Positions 16,598 through 25,593 of a stretch of DNA of 64,000 nucleotides are shown piece after piece (position 1 is the first letter of the stretch; each line of letters starts with the position of its first letter). Under the pieces are notes generated by a model. The model did not search any database. It saw only the letters and a program-made list of their open reading frames with translations, and was not told the origin of the DNA. The translations under genes were made by a program, and so were the position numbers. Origin of the DNA: a virus; the IMG/VR virus record IMGVR_UViG_3300042465_005589, positions 141,741 through 205,740 of that record; one strand, 5' to 3'.

Positions 16598-17355
16598 TAT
16601 CCAATATTTGCTCCGGTTATTTGTCTAACCCCATATTCAGGGAAATGTTTCTTAAAGTAGTCCTGAACCGCATACCTGTAATGTCTTGACACATATCCAA
16701 AAGGAACAAATTGAACTAACTCATCATGTAATGAATAGTCCCACCATATTTGTTCGTCCTTTTTATCGTATCTCATTAAAGTTTTTTTAAGGTCTTTATC
16801 ATTAAACAATATAATTACATTATCATTCTCATCATACGCGTTTATTGCCATATCTAAAAACTTAACCATAGTTTTCCCCCACTTTGGATATTCATCTTCA
16901 TACTCTTGGTCAAAAGAAGCTCTTGAAACATAAGCGTCTTTACCCTCGCTCATCATATGTTTAAACACTTGTTTAATATGTTTTGGTAAGGAATTAATCG
17001 GTATTACTTTTGCTCTAATTGTTTCTAATCCTTGTCTTGCGGCTTTCTGTGCTCTGTGGTGCCCATCTATAATCGTTATGAACTCCCCATCATCATTAAC
17101 AAAGATTAATATTGGATATTGTAAGTCAGCGCTTTCTATCTTTCTAACCTCATCTTCATCCCCATCCCACGATAATAAGTGTGACTTTAATTCTTCTACA
17201 GATATTTTCCTCACCGGAATATCTTCTGTGGCGTTTAATAAATCAATAAGGGTGATTTTATCCCCCTCGTCATTTTCCCAAGATGTATCATGCAACCCTT
17301 CATTGATTACCCCCATCATCTGATGGATTCTATGTATGTTCTCTTGTAAGTTCAT
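16597..17355 (-). CDS. ParB-like nuclease domain protein of the MNL family (MNLQENIHRIHQMM...).
   Basis: ParB N-terminal domain signature ...ILIFVNDDGEFITIIDGHHRAQKAARQGLETIRAKVIP... Confidence 0.6.
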   Translation of the reverse strand: MNLQENIHRIHQMMGVINEGLHDTSWENDEGDKITLIDLLNATEDIPVRKISVEELKSHLLSWDGDEDEVRKIESADLQYPILIFVNDDGEFITIIDGHHRAQKAARQGLETIRAKVIPINSLPKHIKQVFKHMMSEGKDAYVSRASFDQEYEDEYPKWGKTMVKFLDMAINAYDENDNVIILFNDKDLKKTLMRYDKKDEQIWWDYSLHDELVQFVPFGYVSRHYRYAVQDYFKKHFPEYGVRQITGANIG

Positions 17356-17356
17356 A

Positions 17357-18130
17357 TTATTTGAAGTCCGGTAATTTAGTATCTTTAATAAACTTCTTGT
17401 GCGAATCTTTATACGATTTTTGAGTCTCGTCAGTCACTTTCTTGGTGTACTGCCAATTCCAATATAAATCATCGTTTGGTTTGAATCCGTAGAATCCATG
17501 TACTTCCTTCTGTGTTTCACTTACTGTCTCCCCGTTCCAATTCTGCCCAACACAAATGAAACCGGTCTCAATATCTTTTACAAGATTTGATTCCCCCAAT
17601 GTTGCGTGTCTATTCTCAATCCAAGTCAGTCTCTCAATTAAGTTCTGATAAAACATATTTGTTTGTCCCCACCTTACCGAACTAAAGAATATAACAGCGT
17701 CAGATTCAAACAACTCTTTGGAAATCTTCCATAACTCATCCTTTGGGTTGTTATAACTTGCCCAACATCTATGGTCTCCCGATGGATTCTTTTTCTTATC
17801 TTTGAGCATCGCTTTCAGTAATCCACAAGAGTTACCATCCTTTCTCGATACATTTCCCTCACAAGAAACAATATTAAGTTCCGAAACATCTATTAGAACT
17901 GACTTATCACCCAACTCATCGTTCAGGTACATCGCAATCATTTTTGACTTTGGAATGTCTATGTTTTTATCATCCCAATTATATCTATTGGAACAACTAA
18001 GTAGTAATACTTTCTTTTTCTTTTTAAGAATATCTAAAGTATTCTTAATTGATTTCCAAGCATCGGACTGAACCATCTCTTCGGAAATCATAATCTCTCT
18101 TATTCTTTGTATATCTTCGTTTAAATTCAT
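17357..18130 (-). CDS. Flavodoxin-like fold protein (NAD(P)H-dependent FMN reductase or quinone reductase-like) of the MNL family (MNLNEDIQRIREIM...).
   Basis: VLLLSCSNR... and SDAVIFFSSVRWGQTNMFYQNLIERL match the flavodoxin-like-fold reductase signature (DAxIFxSPxYWGxMSxxLKxFIDR). Confidence 0.5.
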   Translation of the reverse strand: MNLNEDIQRIREIMISEEMVQSDAWKSIKNTLDILKKKKKVLLLSCSNRYNWDDKNIDIPKSKMIAMYLNDELGDKSVLIDVSELNIVSCEGNVSRKDGNSCGLLKAMLKDKKKNPSGDHRCWASYNNPKDELWKISKELFESDAVIFFSSVRWGQTNMFYQNLIERLTWIENRHATLGESNLVKDIETGFICVGQNWNGETVSETQKEVHGFYGFKPNDDLYWNWQYTKKVTDETQKSYKDSHKKFIKDTKLPDFK

Positions 18131-18243
18131 AATGATAAATATAATGTTTGGTGAAACAGTTTTAATTGTTATATTGACGTATTTTTTTATTTATAAATAT
18201 CTTACTAAGCGGAATAATTAAATATATGTTGTATCTTTGAAGT

Positions 18244-18528
18244 ATGAAATTACTTAAATACTTAATCATCCGTCTAACAACCAAAGGGTCCGATAACGCC
18301 ATTAAAGTATATAATACTTTATACCCAACAACTCAACCGGAAATCAAATACGTTAGAGTTCCCGTAACTGAATCAACTATTCAGGTTCCCAACTCACCTA
18401 TGAAACCTGCCGATAAACGTGAAGAGCTTGAGGAATCATTATCCTACTTGAATAACAAGAAAGTTAAAACCAAACAGGACAAGGAATCCATCGAAATCAT
18501 CAAGTCAATATTGAAGAATATGAAGTAG
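18244..18528 (+). CDS. Hypothetical small Lys/Glu-rich protein.
   Basis: 94-aa ORF. A TATCTTTG -7-like motif lies 5 nt upstream and a hairpin lies downstream at 18543-18578. Confidence 0.45.
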   Translation: MKLLKYLIIRLTTKGSDNAIKVYNTLYPTTQPEIKYVRVPVTESTIQVPNSPMKPADKREELEESLSYLNNKKVKTKQDKESIEIIKSILKNMK

Positions 18529-18652
18529 TTACTTTTTGTGGTAAGATAGACCCCACCTTTTGGGGTTTATCTTGTGGTGATTGGTAATATATTTTATTCA
18601 CGGTTTACTACGCATTGTGTAGTGTTACGCAAATGAAATATATCTGTTGATT

Positions 18653-18712
18653 ACACTTTTTGGTACGAATAAATGTAATAGATAACACTTTTTGGTACGA
18701 ATAAATGTAAAT
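18653..18712. repeat. Two 26-nt direct repeats (ACACTTTTTGGTACGAATAAATGTAA) spaced 32 nt apart.
   Basis: Exact duplication visible in the sequence, adjacent to the 13-bp hairpin. Confidence 0.7.
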
Positions 18713-18762
18713 GTCCGTTATTACAAACATTATTATTGTTTTTGATTAGAATAACGGACATT
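18708..18762 (-). terminator. Long hairpin (13-bp perfect stem AATGTCCGTTATT / AATAACGGACATT with a 29-nt loop) abutting the stop of gene 18762..19097.
   Basis: Perfect inverted repeat with no clear T run, so it may instead be a regulatory or processing site. Confidence 0.4.
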
Positions 18763-19097
18763 TAATCCTCATTGTGATACCCCATCAAATATACTTCTTC
18801 GGGTTCTAACCTTATTCTATCTTTAAACCACCAAAAAATAACTCTTTGTAGTTCTTCCTCACCAAATGAGAAAACCGATAGAGGTAACCAAAAATCCCTA
18901 TAAACATATAATCCCCCATTATTCTCTAACCATTTCAATATAATTTTACCATCACTATCTTTGAATAACACTCGGTGATTACTAAACACTGAATTTACAT
19001 TCATATCTTTATCTTCACGTGTTAATTTACTCAAGACATTATCTAATACCTTATAGGATAATTGTCTTCTTTTATCTTCTGTAAGAAGTACTCTCAT
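18762..19097 (-). CDS. Hypothetical protein with an ITE-like N-terminus (MRVLLTEDKRRQL).
   Basis: 111-aa ORF. A 13-bp stem hairpin abuts its stop codon. Confidence 0.55.
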   Translation of the reverse strand: MRVLLTEDKRRQLSYKVLDNVLSKLTREDKDMNVNSVFSNHRVLFKDSDGKIILKWLENNGGLYVYRDFWLPLSVFSFGEEELQRVIFWWFKDRIRLEPEEVYLMGYHNED

Positions 19098-19483
19098 ATA
19101 TAATCATTAGTTATTTGAGCAACATTTAATCCTGTGTTTTCTTCAAACCATTCCTTAAATACCGGTAACCATCTATCACCAAATAAAGATGTTAGTTCTT
19201 GACCAACTCTCGGATATATAGATAGTAAAGGACATTTATAATTATGTAAGTGACCATAACCAGCAAAGAATTCATCTTCCGGACCAGCATTTGCGTTACA
19301 CCCATAGTAAATGTAGCTATCAGCATCATCTATAAAGAAAACAATATCACCCCACTTATCAACATCTCTTTGATATGAACCGTGTCTTGTATTTTCATTC
19401 CACCCATAATCCGGATAAAATTCTTTGTCTAAATACTTACGTATAATCTGATTAACTTTATTTTCTGATATAATTACTTTCAT
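19094..19483 (-). CDS. Hypothetical protein of the ITE family (MKVIISENKVNQII...).
   Basis: 129-aa ORF whose start and stop overlap with its neighbours. Confidence 0.6.
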   Translation of the reverse strand: MKVIISENKVNQIIRKYLDKEFYPDYGWNENTRHGSYQRDVDKWGDIVFFIDDADSYIYYGCNANAGPEDEFFAGYGHLHNYKCPLLSIYPRVGQELTSLFGDRWLPVFKEWFEENTGLNVAQITNDYI

Positions 19484-20091
19484 TCTTTTATAATTCTAAA
19501 TCTCAATAATGGTTTACCATTAATTGTGATGTCACCTTTATCATTTTTTTCTATTGTCTTAACAATAACTTTTTTGTTTTTAAATTTACCCCCCATTAGA
19601 GTATCACCAACTTTAATATCTAACTTAATCATTTCACTTAATGTTAATTCTTCTTCATCATGATGATTCCAAGTATCACCACCTGTTCCTTTGTATATTA
19701 ATCTAACGGCATTCGCCGGAATATCCCCAAAGGTAACGATATGTTTAGTATCACCACCCTCAAAATGAGCGTCTTTATACCATTGCACACCAGCTCTTTC
19801 AGTATCAATCACCCATATGTCATCATCATAAGTTGAATCAAACATATCTTTCTTCTTTAAACTATCTGTTGCAAACACAGCAGGAATACATTCTTCATCT
19901 TCACCATAATTACTATCGGCATAAATCAAATAACATTCCCCCAAAGATACCTGAAGACCTGTAGTTGAAATATTATCTCTATTTGATGGATTTGATGAAT
20001 GAACAATAAATCTTCCGGGAGTAATCTCTTCCCCCTTCACTCGTTGTTCTTGTAGTTTTCTATATTGTGTTTCTGTTATAATTACTTTCAT
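19480..20091 (-). CDS. Hypothetical protein of the ITE family (MKVIITETQYRKLQ...).
   Basis: 203-aa ORF. Confidence 0.6.
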   Translation of the reverse strand: MKVIITETQYRKLQEQRVKGEEITPGRFIVHSSNPSNRDNISTTGLQVSLGECYLIYADSNYGEDEECIPAVFATDSLKKKDMFDSTYDDDIWVIDTERAGVQWYKDAHFEGGDTKHIVTFGDIPANAVRLIYKGTGGDTWNHHDEEELTLSEMIKLDIKVGDTLMGGKFKNKKVIVKTIEKNDKGDITINGKPLLRFRIIKE

Positions 20092-20399
20092 TAGTCCCTT
20101 ACCATTTTAACTTCCATACCCCAACTTGCACCATATGTATTAATATAAAGACCAAACATTGAATTAATATCATTTCTTATTTGTCTAGCCATATAACTTG
20201 GACTATGTGTCATCTTACCATCAATGAAGTCAATGTTTAGTATATTTCTAACAATATCATTCTCACCTTTTTCATTTGGTTCACCGGCTAAACGAATTAA
20301 CTTTGTTGTAAAAAACACCCTTTTAACCATAGGATATCCTTTAAGAATATATTTCTCAATTGAACTATTTAACCTATTTTCTGTGATTATTACTTTCAT
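20091..20399 (-). CDS. Hypothetical protein of the ITE family (MKVIITENRLNSSI...).
   Basis: 102-aa ORF. Confidence 0.6.
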   Translation of the reverse strand: MKVIITENRLNSSIEKYILKGYPMVKRVFFTTKLIRLAGEPNEKGENDIVRNILNIDFIDGKMTHSPSYMARQIRNDINSMFGLYINTYGASWGMEVKMVRD

Positions 20400-20992
20400 T
20401 ATGTACCTATATTATTCAATCGTGCGTTATAAACACTTCTGTAGTCAGATTTTAGTTTATCATCAGGTAATTCTTCCAATTCACTTCTTCTTTTTAATGT
20501 TTGAGTATCTAAATAATCAATCATATATTCTCTACTCAACTTATCAGTATCAACCATCTCATAACATTTACGAGGGTCATCAGTTTCCAAAGTTTCATAA
20601 ATTTCAAATTCCGGATGACCGGTCTCTTGTCCAAATTTGGGTGTGTATCTATCATCATACCATTCGGTTATCACATTATAAATAAATGTCTTTCTAACCT
20701 GTAACATTTTGGATAAAAACTCAATCTCCTCCGCATCAACATACAAATCACCTGTGAAAAATTCATCAGTTTCATCATCAATATGATATCTGGCTTCAAT
20801 AACTTTCTTACCACCTTTACACCACTCTTCAATAAAGATACCATAGTTATCTTCAGGTGGTGGAATAATTCTTTTTGAATTGGAGATTATACTCTCCATA
20901 TGTTTAATAATAATACGTTCAAAGTTCGGATTAGATTTTGTAAATCTCTTCTGAACTTCCTCTCGTAATATTTTTCTAATTAAATTTTTCAT
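20399..20992 (-). CDS. Hypothetical protein with an N-terminus (MKNLIRKILREE) of the ELIRRILRE type.
   Basis: 197-aa ORF. Confidence 0.6.
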   Translation of the reverse strand: MKNLIRKILREEVQKRFTKSNPNFERIIIKHMESIISNSKRIIPPPEDNYGIFIEEWCKGGKKVIEARYHIDDETDEFFTGDLYVDAEEIEFLSKMLQVRKTFIYNVITEWYDDRYTPKFGQETGHPEFEIYETLETDDPRKCYEMVDTDKLSREYMIDYLDTQTLKRRSELEELPDDKLKSDYRSVYNARLNNIGT

Positions 20993-20993
20993 A

Positions 20994-21323
20994 TTAGTTT
21001 AATATATGTTTATTTACGTGATGAACTTTTTCAACCGGTAACTCAAAAAACTCCGAGAACCATTTACCAACTAACCTTTTTACTTCAGGTGGAGTATAAC
21101 TAAAATATGTAATTGGTTTTACCACATCTTCACAAATATATAACGTTTTATTTCTATCACCATAAAGCATAATAACACCATCACCATTACGAAATTCGAT
21201 TTTTTTTTGTTCTCCAACACTATCTGTCATATAACTAACATCTTCATACATATTAGAGAAGGCTTTATCTAATTCTTTTTTAGCTAATTGGTCTCTTCGG
21301 CTTTCTATTATCAAAATCTTCAT
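20994..21323 (-). CDS. Hypothetical protein of the ITE family. Start moved to the internal MKILIIESRRD.
   Basis: Track ORF 20994..21338. The terminator hairpin at 21351-21369 lies just upstream and favours the internal start. Confidence 0.55.
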   Translation of the reverse strand: MKILIIESRRDQLAKKELDKAFSNMYEDVSYMTDSVGEQKKIEFRNGDGVIMLYGDRNKTLYICEDVVKPITYFSYTPPEVKRLVGKWFSEFFELPVEKVHHVNKHILN

Positions 21324-21344
21324 ATTAATAAATATCATATAAAT

Positions 21345-21369
21345 TAAAAACCCCCACGTTTGTGAGGGT
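21345..21369 (-). terminator. Intrinsic terminator. The minus strand reads CCCTCACAAACGTGGGGG followed by TTTTT.
   Basis: Hairpin plus T run after the stop of 21375..21569. Confidence 0.55.
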
Positions 21370-21374
21370 TATTA

Positions 21375-21569
21375 TTATTGGATGTTGATTTCAGTATATT
21401 CTTCATCAGCACCATCATATTCTTCCTTTGTGGATTTGAGTAAGACGTAACCATTATCAGCAACATAGTCCAACACCGCCACCTCATTCTCTGTATCAAT
21501 CTCCATAGCAATATATCCTACGAGCTCACCATCTATTGTCTCTATCTTCGCATAATTATACTCTGACAT
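21375..21569 (-). CDS. Hypothetical small acidic protein.
   Basis: 64-aa ORF followed by an intrinsic terminator. Confidence 0.45.
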   Translation of the reverse strand: MSEYNYAKIETIDGELVGYIAMEIDTENEVAVLDYVADNGYVLLKSTKEEYDGADEEYTEINIQ

Positions 21570-21904
21570 TACAATACTTCAGTCAATATTCTCCAACTCT
21601 TTAACATATTTCCATCAAGGGTTACCTCAACCGGCTTTCCTTTTAATTTGTCAACTGAATCGACCTTAGCGTCTTTGAGTAAAGATGAAATATATCTCAT
21701 AATCTCAGCGTACCAACCATCTCTGTCTTCTTCAGACCATTTACTATGTTCTGACCACTTTATTTGTTCCGCATCCCAATTTGATTTTGTATCTCCAACA
21801 CCCCAACTCCCATTACCTAGTGTAACGTGAAGCCCTAACATTGCTCCTTGATATCCACCAAGACCAAAACTTACCGACTCAATTTTTCCTAATTTCTTTT
21901 CCAT
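21569..21904 (-). CDS. Hypothetical protein.
   Basis: 111-aa ORF. Confidence 0.55.
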   Translation of the reverse strand: MEKKLGKIESVSFGLGGYQGAMLGLHVTLGNGSWGVGDTKSNWDAEQIKWSEHSKWSEEDRDGWYAEIMRYISSLLKDAKVDSVDKLKGKPVEVTLDGNMLKSWRILTEVL

Positions 21905-21906
21905 AA

Positions 21907-22515
21907 TTAATCTTTTAATCGTTCACCTGTTTCTTTAACTTTGAATTGTGATAGGTTGTTTGTACCACTACCACCTTTAACTCCCTTAACGAATTTTACC
22001 ACTCCGTTATTATATAACTTGTTTGGTGTATCAAAATACTCCCCATTGAAGACCAACATCCCCTTTGTTGTTAGTATCACTTCATAATCATTCCCCAAAT
22101 AAGTTCTGATTAATACTGTATCTTTACCAAATCCATTTGCCAAGTCAATTAATCTTGTGTCCGGAGTTGATTGTAACGATTCTCTCGATTCTTTAATCTC
22201 ATTGATGTCACACACAACTCCACCATACGTATTCATAAAGTTAATGAACTCACCGGTTAATGTGTCCTCATCATCTTTAAACCACTCACCAAATACTCTA
22301 CGACTATCCAATATGGAATGTAACATCTTCTCAACTTTATTCATATCATCAACCTTATACACAGCAATGATTGAATAACCTATTGGTGACTTGGTCCTAT
22401 TAAGTTGATATTCTCTCGATACAGGGTCTTTGGACAATCCAATTTTCTTATCCGATAATGTTAAGGTTCTACCCAACACATCGTAGTATTGACCTAAATA
22501 AATGTAACCTTCCAT
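21907..22515 (-). CDS. T5orf172 (GIY-YIG-like) domain protein.
   Basis: N-terminal MEGYIYLGQYYDVLGRTLTLSDKKIGLSKDPVSREYQLNRTKSPIGYSIIAVYKVDD...EKMLHSILDSRRVFGEWF matches the T5orf172 signature. Confidence 0.55.
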   Translation of the reverse strand: MEGYIYLGQYYDVLGRTLTLSDKKIGLSKDPVSREYQLNRTKSPIGYSIIAVYKVDDMNKVEKMLHSILDSRRVFGEWFKDDEDTLTGEFINFMNTYGGVVCDINEIKESRESLQSTPDTRLIDLANGFGKDTVLIRTYLGNDYEVILTTKGMLVFNGEYFDTPNKLYNNGVVKFVKGVKGGSGTNNLSQFKVKETGERLKD

Positions 22516-22769
22516 TACTTTCCTCTATTTTTACTTACAAAATCTATTAATTCATTTGCCAATCTCAACGCCTCATCATAAGACATATATAATCTTGCTG
22601 AACCCGGTTCTTCCACCTCAACGATGTTTAAGACAACCGAATTCTGTGCCGGACTTGGTTGGATGATTGCCTCTTGGTAACCTCCATCCATTACTAATTT
22701 AGTTTCTACCCACATATTATTCAATTGATTTATATAATTTATCTCTACGTTCCTGAGCATCTTTCTCAA
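22515..22769 (-). CDS. Hypothetical protein.
   Basis: 84-aa ORF. Confidence 0.5.
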   Translation of the reverse strand: MRKMLRNVEINYINQLNNMWVETKLVMDGGYQEAIIQPSPAQNSVVLNIVEVEEPGSARLYMSYDEALRLANELIDFVSKNRGK

Positions 22770-23133
22770 TAAGATATACTCTCATATCATTCATAGCTTT
22801 TCTTAATCGTCTTGACTTATTACTAAACGGATTATGATACACCCAAAATGGAATTTCCCACGCAAATTCACCATCAATATAAGCACTAACGTAGTCCCTA
22901 TCAGAAAAAGATAAAGTCCCTTCGTTTGTTGTTGGATATTTTGGACTATAGTAATCCACAAAACATCCATCCATTCCACACATCACTTCTCTCTCCCAAA
23001 GTTCTTTATCATTCTCTAATGACCCAATAATACGATTAACATATTTCTCGTTAATCTCCTTCATAGTTAAACCCTGAGGTTTATCACCCATTTCATTCGC
23101 TGTGTAAGAATACTCACTCATAATCGTCTTCAC
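22717..23133 (-). CDS. Hypothetical protein.
   Basis: 138-aa ORF. Confidence 0.55.
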   Translation of the reverse strand: MKTIMSEYSYTANEMGDKPQGLTMKEINEKYVNRIIGSLENDKELWEREVMCGMDGCFVDYYSPKYPTTNEGTLSFSDRDYVSAYIDGEFAWEIPFWVYHNPFSNKSRRLRKAMNDMRVYLIEKDAQERRDKLYKSIE

Positions 23134-23704
23134 TTTTTTTTATTGAAACAGGCTCTTCGTAGTCCCACTCAATTGTTTCTAATTCATTTCTCCACCCAAG
23201 AATATCTTGTTCTGTCCACATCGGAGCAAAGGTTGGTCTTGAATGGAATGGAATGTTATCTCTATCTTTCCATTTTGACAACCTCTCCTCAGCACTTTTT
23301 ATTGAAGATATTAATTTCTCACTATCTTTCCACTTACGGTATTGTTCCTCCGATTTGATGTAGTTAACCTCACCGTAGTTATTAATATCTGCATCCGGAT
23401 TGGTTGTATATACATCCACAATACCATCATAACCATCGTAATCGGCACACAAATCATTCACAGCAAGTTCATTGGTGTATTTATTCACCCAATTTTTACC
23501 ATACGACCTAATCTCACAGATATAAACAAAATCATCATTACGAGTTTGTAAATAATAACCAATCTTATTTTGAAGTTCTCTTAATTCTTCTACCGAGTAT
23601 TTTGTAAAGTCCATTTCCATAGCACAAATGTAGGCATAAAAAAAGGAACTACAAAATAGTTCCTTACTTTTTTTACTTTTTATTGAAGTCAGTATTACTA
23701 ACAT
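23114..23704 (-). CDS. Hypothetical protein.
   Basis: 196-aa ORF. Confidence 0.55.
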   Translation of the reverse strand: MLVILTSIKSKKSKELFCSSFFYAYICAMEMDFTKYSVEELRELQNKIGYYLQTRNDDFVYICEIRSYGKNWVNKYTNELAVNDLCADYDGYDGIVDVYTTNPDADINNYGEVNYIKSEEQYRKWKDSEKLISSIKSAEERLSKWKDRDNIPFHSRPTFAPMWTEQDILGWRNELETIEWDYEEPVSIKKSEDDYE

Positions 23705-24047
23705 ACTTCATGTCCCGGATTTCGTCAGGATATATTACACTCTTAAATCTTTTAGTGAATTTTTTATATATTCTTTTAATAATTTCATCTTTAATTATAT
23801 CATATAATTTATATGAACTAACCCATACACTAACCAAATCATAAAACTTTTCATCATTCACCACAACTCTATTTATGTCAGGGTAATATCTTGAAATAAC
23901 ATCACGTCTATTTCCCGGAGTCAGAAATTCCACATAACGTAAATTAATACTTCTTGTTTGAAACGAATCTCTACTATCCACACCAATACTATTAACTATG
24001 GTATCAATTATTTTTTCTAATTTCTCTTCACTAATTTTAATTTCCAT
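23673..24047 (-). CDS. Hypothetical protein with an ITE-like N-terminus (MEIKISEEKLEKII).
   Basis: 124-aa ORF. Confidence 0.55.
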   Translation of the reverse strand: MEIKISEEKLEKIIDTIVNSIGVDSRDSFQTRSINLRYVEFLTPGNRRDVISRYYPDINRVVVNDEKFYDLVSVWVSSYKLYDIIKDEIIKRIYKKFTKRFKSVIYPDEIRDMKYVSNTDFNKK

Positions 24048-24130
24048 ATCTATAAATATAACATGAGGGTAAAAATTACCCCCGTCTTTTGAACGAGGGT
24101 AATTATTTTATTTTTTTACTCTCATTAAAT

Positions 24131-24154
24131 AAAAAACCCATCCGGAGATGGGTT
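24131..24154. terminator. Hairpin AACCCATC-CGGA-GATGGGTT with A and T runs on both sides, so possibly bidirectional.
   Basis: 8-bp stem. A T run on the minus strand follows the block that ends at 24047. Confidence 0.5.
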
Positions 24155-24376
24155 TGATATTAGTACTTATCTTTGTTGTGTTTTGGTTTTCGATTGTAAG
24201 CTTTTTTACTTTTTTGAACAGATGGACGAGATGCTGCCCATATTTCTTGCATTGTGAAGGTAATTGTTTTCATAGTTTCTGTATGTGTTAAGGTTATTGT
24301 TTCATTTTGACAAGACAAAAGTAATTCTTTTAATCGAATTATACAAGTATTTATTAAAATATTTATATTTATTATT

Positions 24377-24862
24377 ATGAAAGAATTAATTAGACGGATA
24401 TTAAGAGAATATACAGAACCAAAACCTATTTTAGTATACGAAATTGTTGTAAACGATATTTTAAGTGAACAAGAGTTTATTAGACAAATATATAGAAATA
24501 ACGACAATTTAATTAATTTATATAAAAACCCACATTCTCAGGAATTCATAGGAAATAAAACCTCATTTCAAAGAGTTGACCCAGATGAGATTAACGATTC
24601 AATAATGGATATTGAACCGGCAATAATCAGTTCAGCTAAAAGAGTAATGGAAACATGTATTACAAGATGTTCAATTAATGTTATCGATAATATAGCAGGA
24701 ATTGATTACCACATGTGGTTAAATGGAACAAATAATAGGATTAAAATAATAATTAACACATCAATCAGACATCCCAACCATCTAAAATTTAGAGTTAATG
24801 AATCTCCAACAATAATAGTGGATAGGTACGGTGACATATCAACAAGAAACATATATAATTAA
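24377..24862 (+). CDS. Hypothetical protein of the MKELIRRILRE N-terminal family.
   Basis: Its N-terminus MKELIRRILREYTE is near-identical to MKELIRRILREEQEG of the minus-strand gene 41152..42072. A hairpin terminator follows it. Confidence 0.6.
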   Translation: MKELIRRILREYTEPKPILVYEIVVNDILSEQEFIRQIYRNNDNLINLYKNPHSQEFIGNKTSFQRVDPDEINDSIMDIEPAIISSAKRVMETCITRCSINVIDNIAGIDYHMWLNGTNNRIKIIINTSIRHPNHLKFRVNESPTIIVDRYGDISTRNIYN

Positions 24863-24890
24863 AAAAGGTCCCCGAAGGAACCTTTTTTTT
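24861..24890. terminator. Bidirectional hairpin AAAAAAGGTCCCCGAAGGAACCTTTTTTTTT.
   Basis: Ends the plus-strand gene 24377..24862 and, from the other side, the ORF-free unit that starts at the 25048 motif. Confidence 0.6.
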
Positions 24891-24895
24891 TATTT

Positions 24896-25035
24896 CACCA
24901 TAAGTTGAGGTTGTTAACCCGAATCATAACACTTGATTCTTAGCAGTTAGGTTTTAGGATTGCCTAACATTCCTTGTCACCATCTTTCGATGTATTTGGG
25001 TTTCCGCCCCTCTTTTTCGACATAATCTTTTATTC
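24896..25035 (-). ncRNA. Candidate small non-coding RNA of about 130 nt, running from the upstream motif to the hairpin terminator.
   Basis: No ORF longer than 19 codons. The segment is GC-richer and contains a GAGGGGCGGAAACCC segment related to the intergenic repeat head. It is bounded by the promoter-like motif at 25048-25072 and the terminator at 24861-24890. Confidence 0.25.
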
Positions 25036-25047
25036 CTTATTTGTTTG

Positions 25048-25072
25048 ACAAAGATAATACTTTTTTTAATAC
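25048..25072 (-). promoter_or_regulatory. Conserved upstream motif copy (GACAAAGATAATACTTTTTTTAATA) with no protein gene downstream on the minus strand.
   Basis: An ORF-free, GC-richer stretch of about 140 nt follows, then a hairpin terminator. Confidence 0.45.
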
Positions 25073-25167
25073 TACCAAACTTTTTTAAAGTTTTTTTTAT
25101 TTATTATCTAATTAACTTTAATGTCAGTAGTTATACGTATCATACATTAAAAAAGTTACAAAAACAT

Positions 25168-25353
25168 TCATTTCTTTTTCATTAATTCTTTAACAAATTC
25201 TTGTAGCTCAAATAGTTCAGGGTCCGTATCCAAAAGATAACGAGATTTCATATCATTATAGTTCTCTCGGATATCTGATATACACCATCCGAAGAACACA
25301 AACAATAATTTAACCTTTATTTTTATCTTTTTTAAACTCATCTTTAATAACAA
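25168..25353 (-). CDS. Hypothetical small protein with an uncertain start (TTG at 25353; ATGs further in).
   Basis: 61-aa track ORF. It overlaps, in another frame, a possible 34-aa membrane ORF. Confidence 0.3.
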   Translation of the reverse strand: MLLKMSLKKIKIKVKLLFVFFGWCISDIRENYNDMKSRYLLDTDPELFELQEFVKELMKKK

Positions 25354-25420
25354 TTAACGCAAAAACACAAACAATACCAATCAATAATGGTAGTGGTGCA
25401 GAAGGGTCTAATGTTTCCAT
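25316..25420 (-). CDS. Possible 34-aa single-pass membrane peptide (METLDPSAPLPLLIGIVCVFALIVIK...).
   Basis: Hand-translated. Its start overlaps the stop of the upstream small ORF as TAATG. Too short to be in the track. Confidence 0.25.
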
Positions 25421-25578
25421 TATTCCTCCTTAGATTTCTTTTTATTCACTTTTTTTTTCTTGACCGATGGTTTAACAACCATTTCCTCTTGAGCAATTCG
25501 TTTAGGGGTTTTCTTCACTAAATAAAGAACAAGTGATACTAAAATCACAAGGGTTGCGGCAAGTGCAATGAATTTCAT
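25420..25578 (-). CDS. Possible 52-aa membrane protein (MKFIALAATLVILVSLVLYLVKK...), Lys-rich at its C-terminus.
   Basis: Hand-translated, with a hydrophobic N-terminal helix. Confidence 0.3.
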   Translation of the reverse strand: MKFIALAATLVILVSLVLYLVKKTPKRIAQEEMVVKPSVKKKKVNKKKSKEE

Positions 25579-25593
25579 TTTTGTTGGGTTTGC

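Noticed and set aside
24160-24507. Minus-strand 115-aa ORF overlapping the start of 24377..24862 (+).
   Set aside because: Most of it translates AT-rich low-complexity sequence (IIININILINT). The plus-strand gene carries a conserved family leader. Only the last roughly 37 codons (MKTITFTMQEIWAASRPSVQKSKKAYNRKPKHNKDKY) might be a real mini-ORF, and I did not call it.
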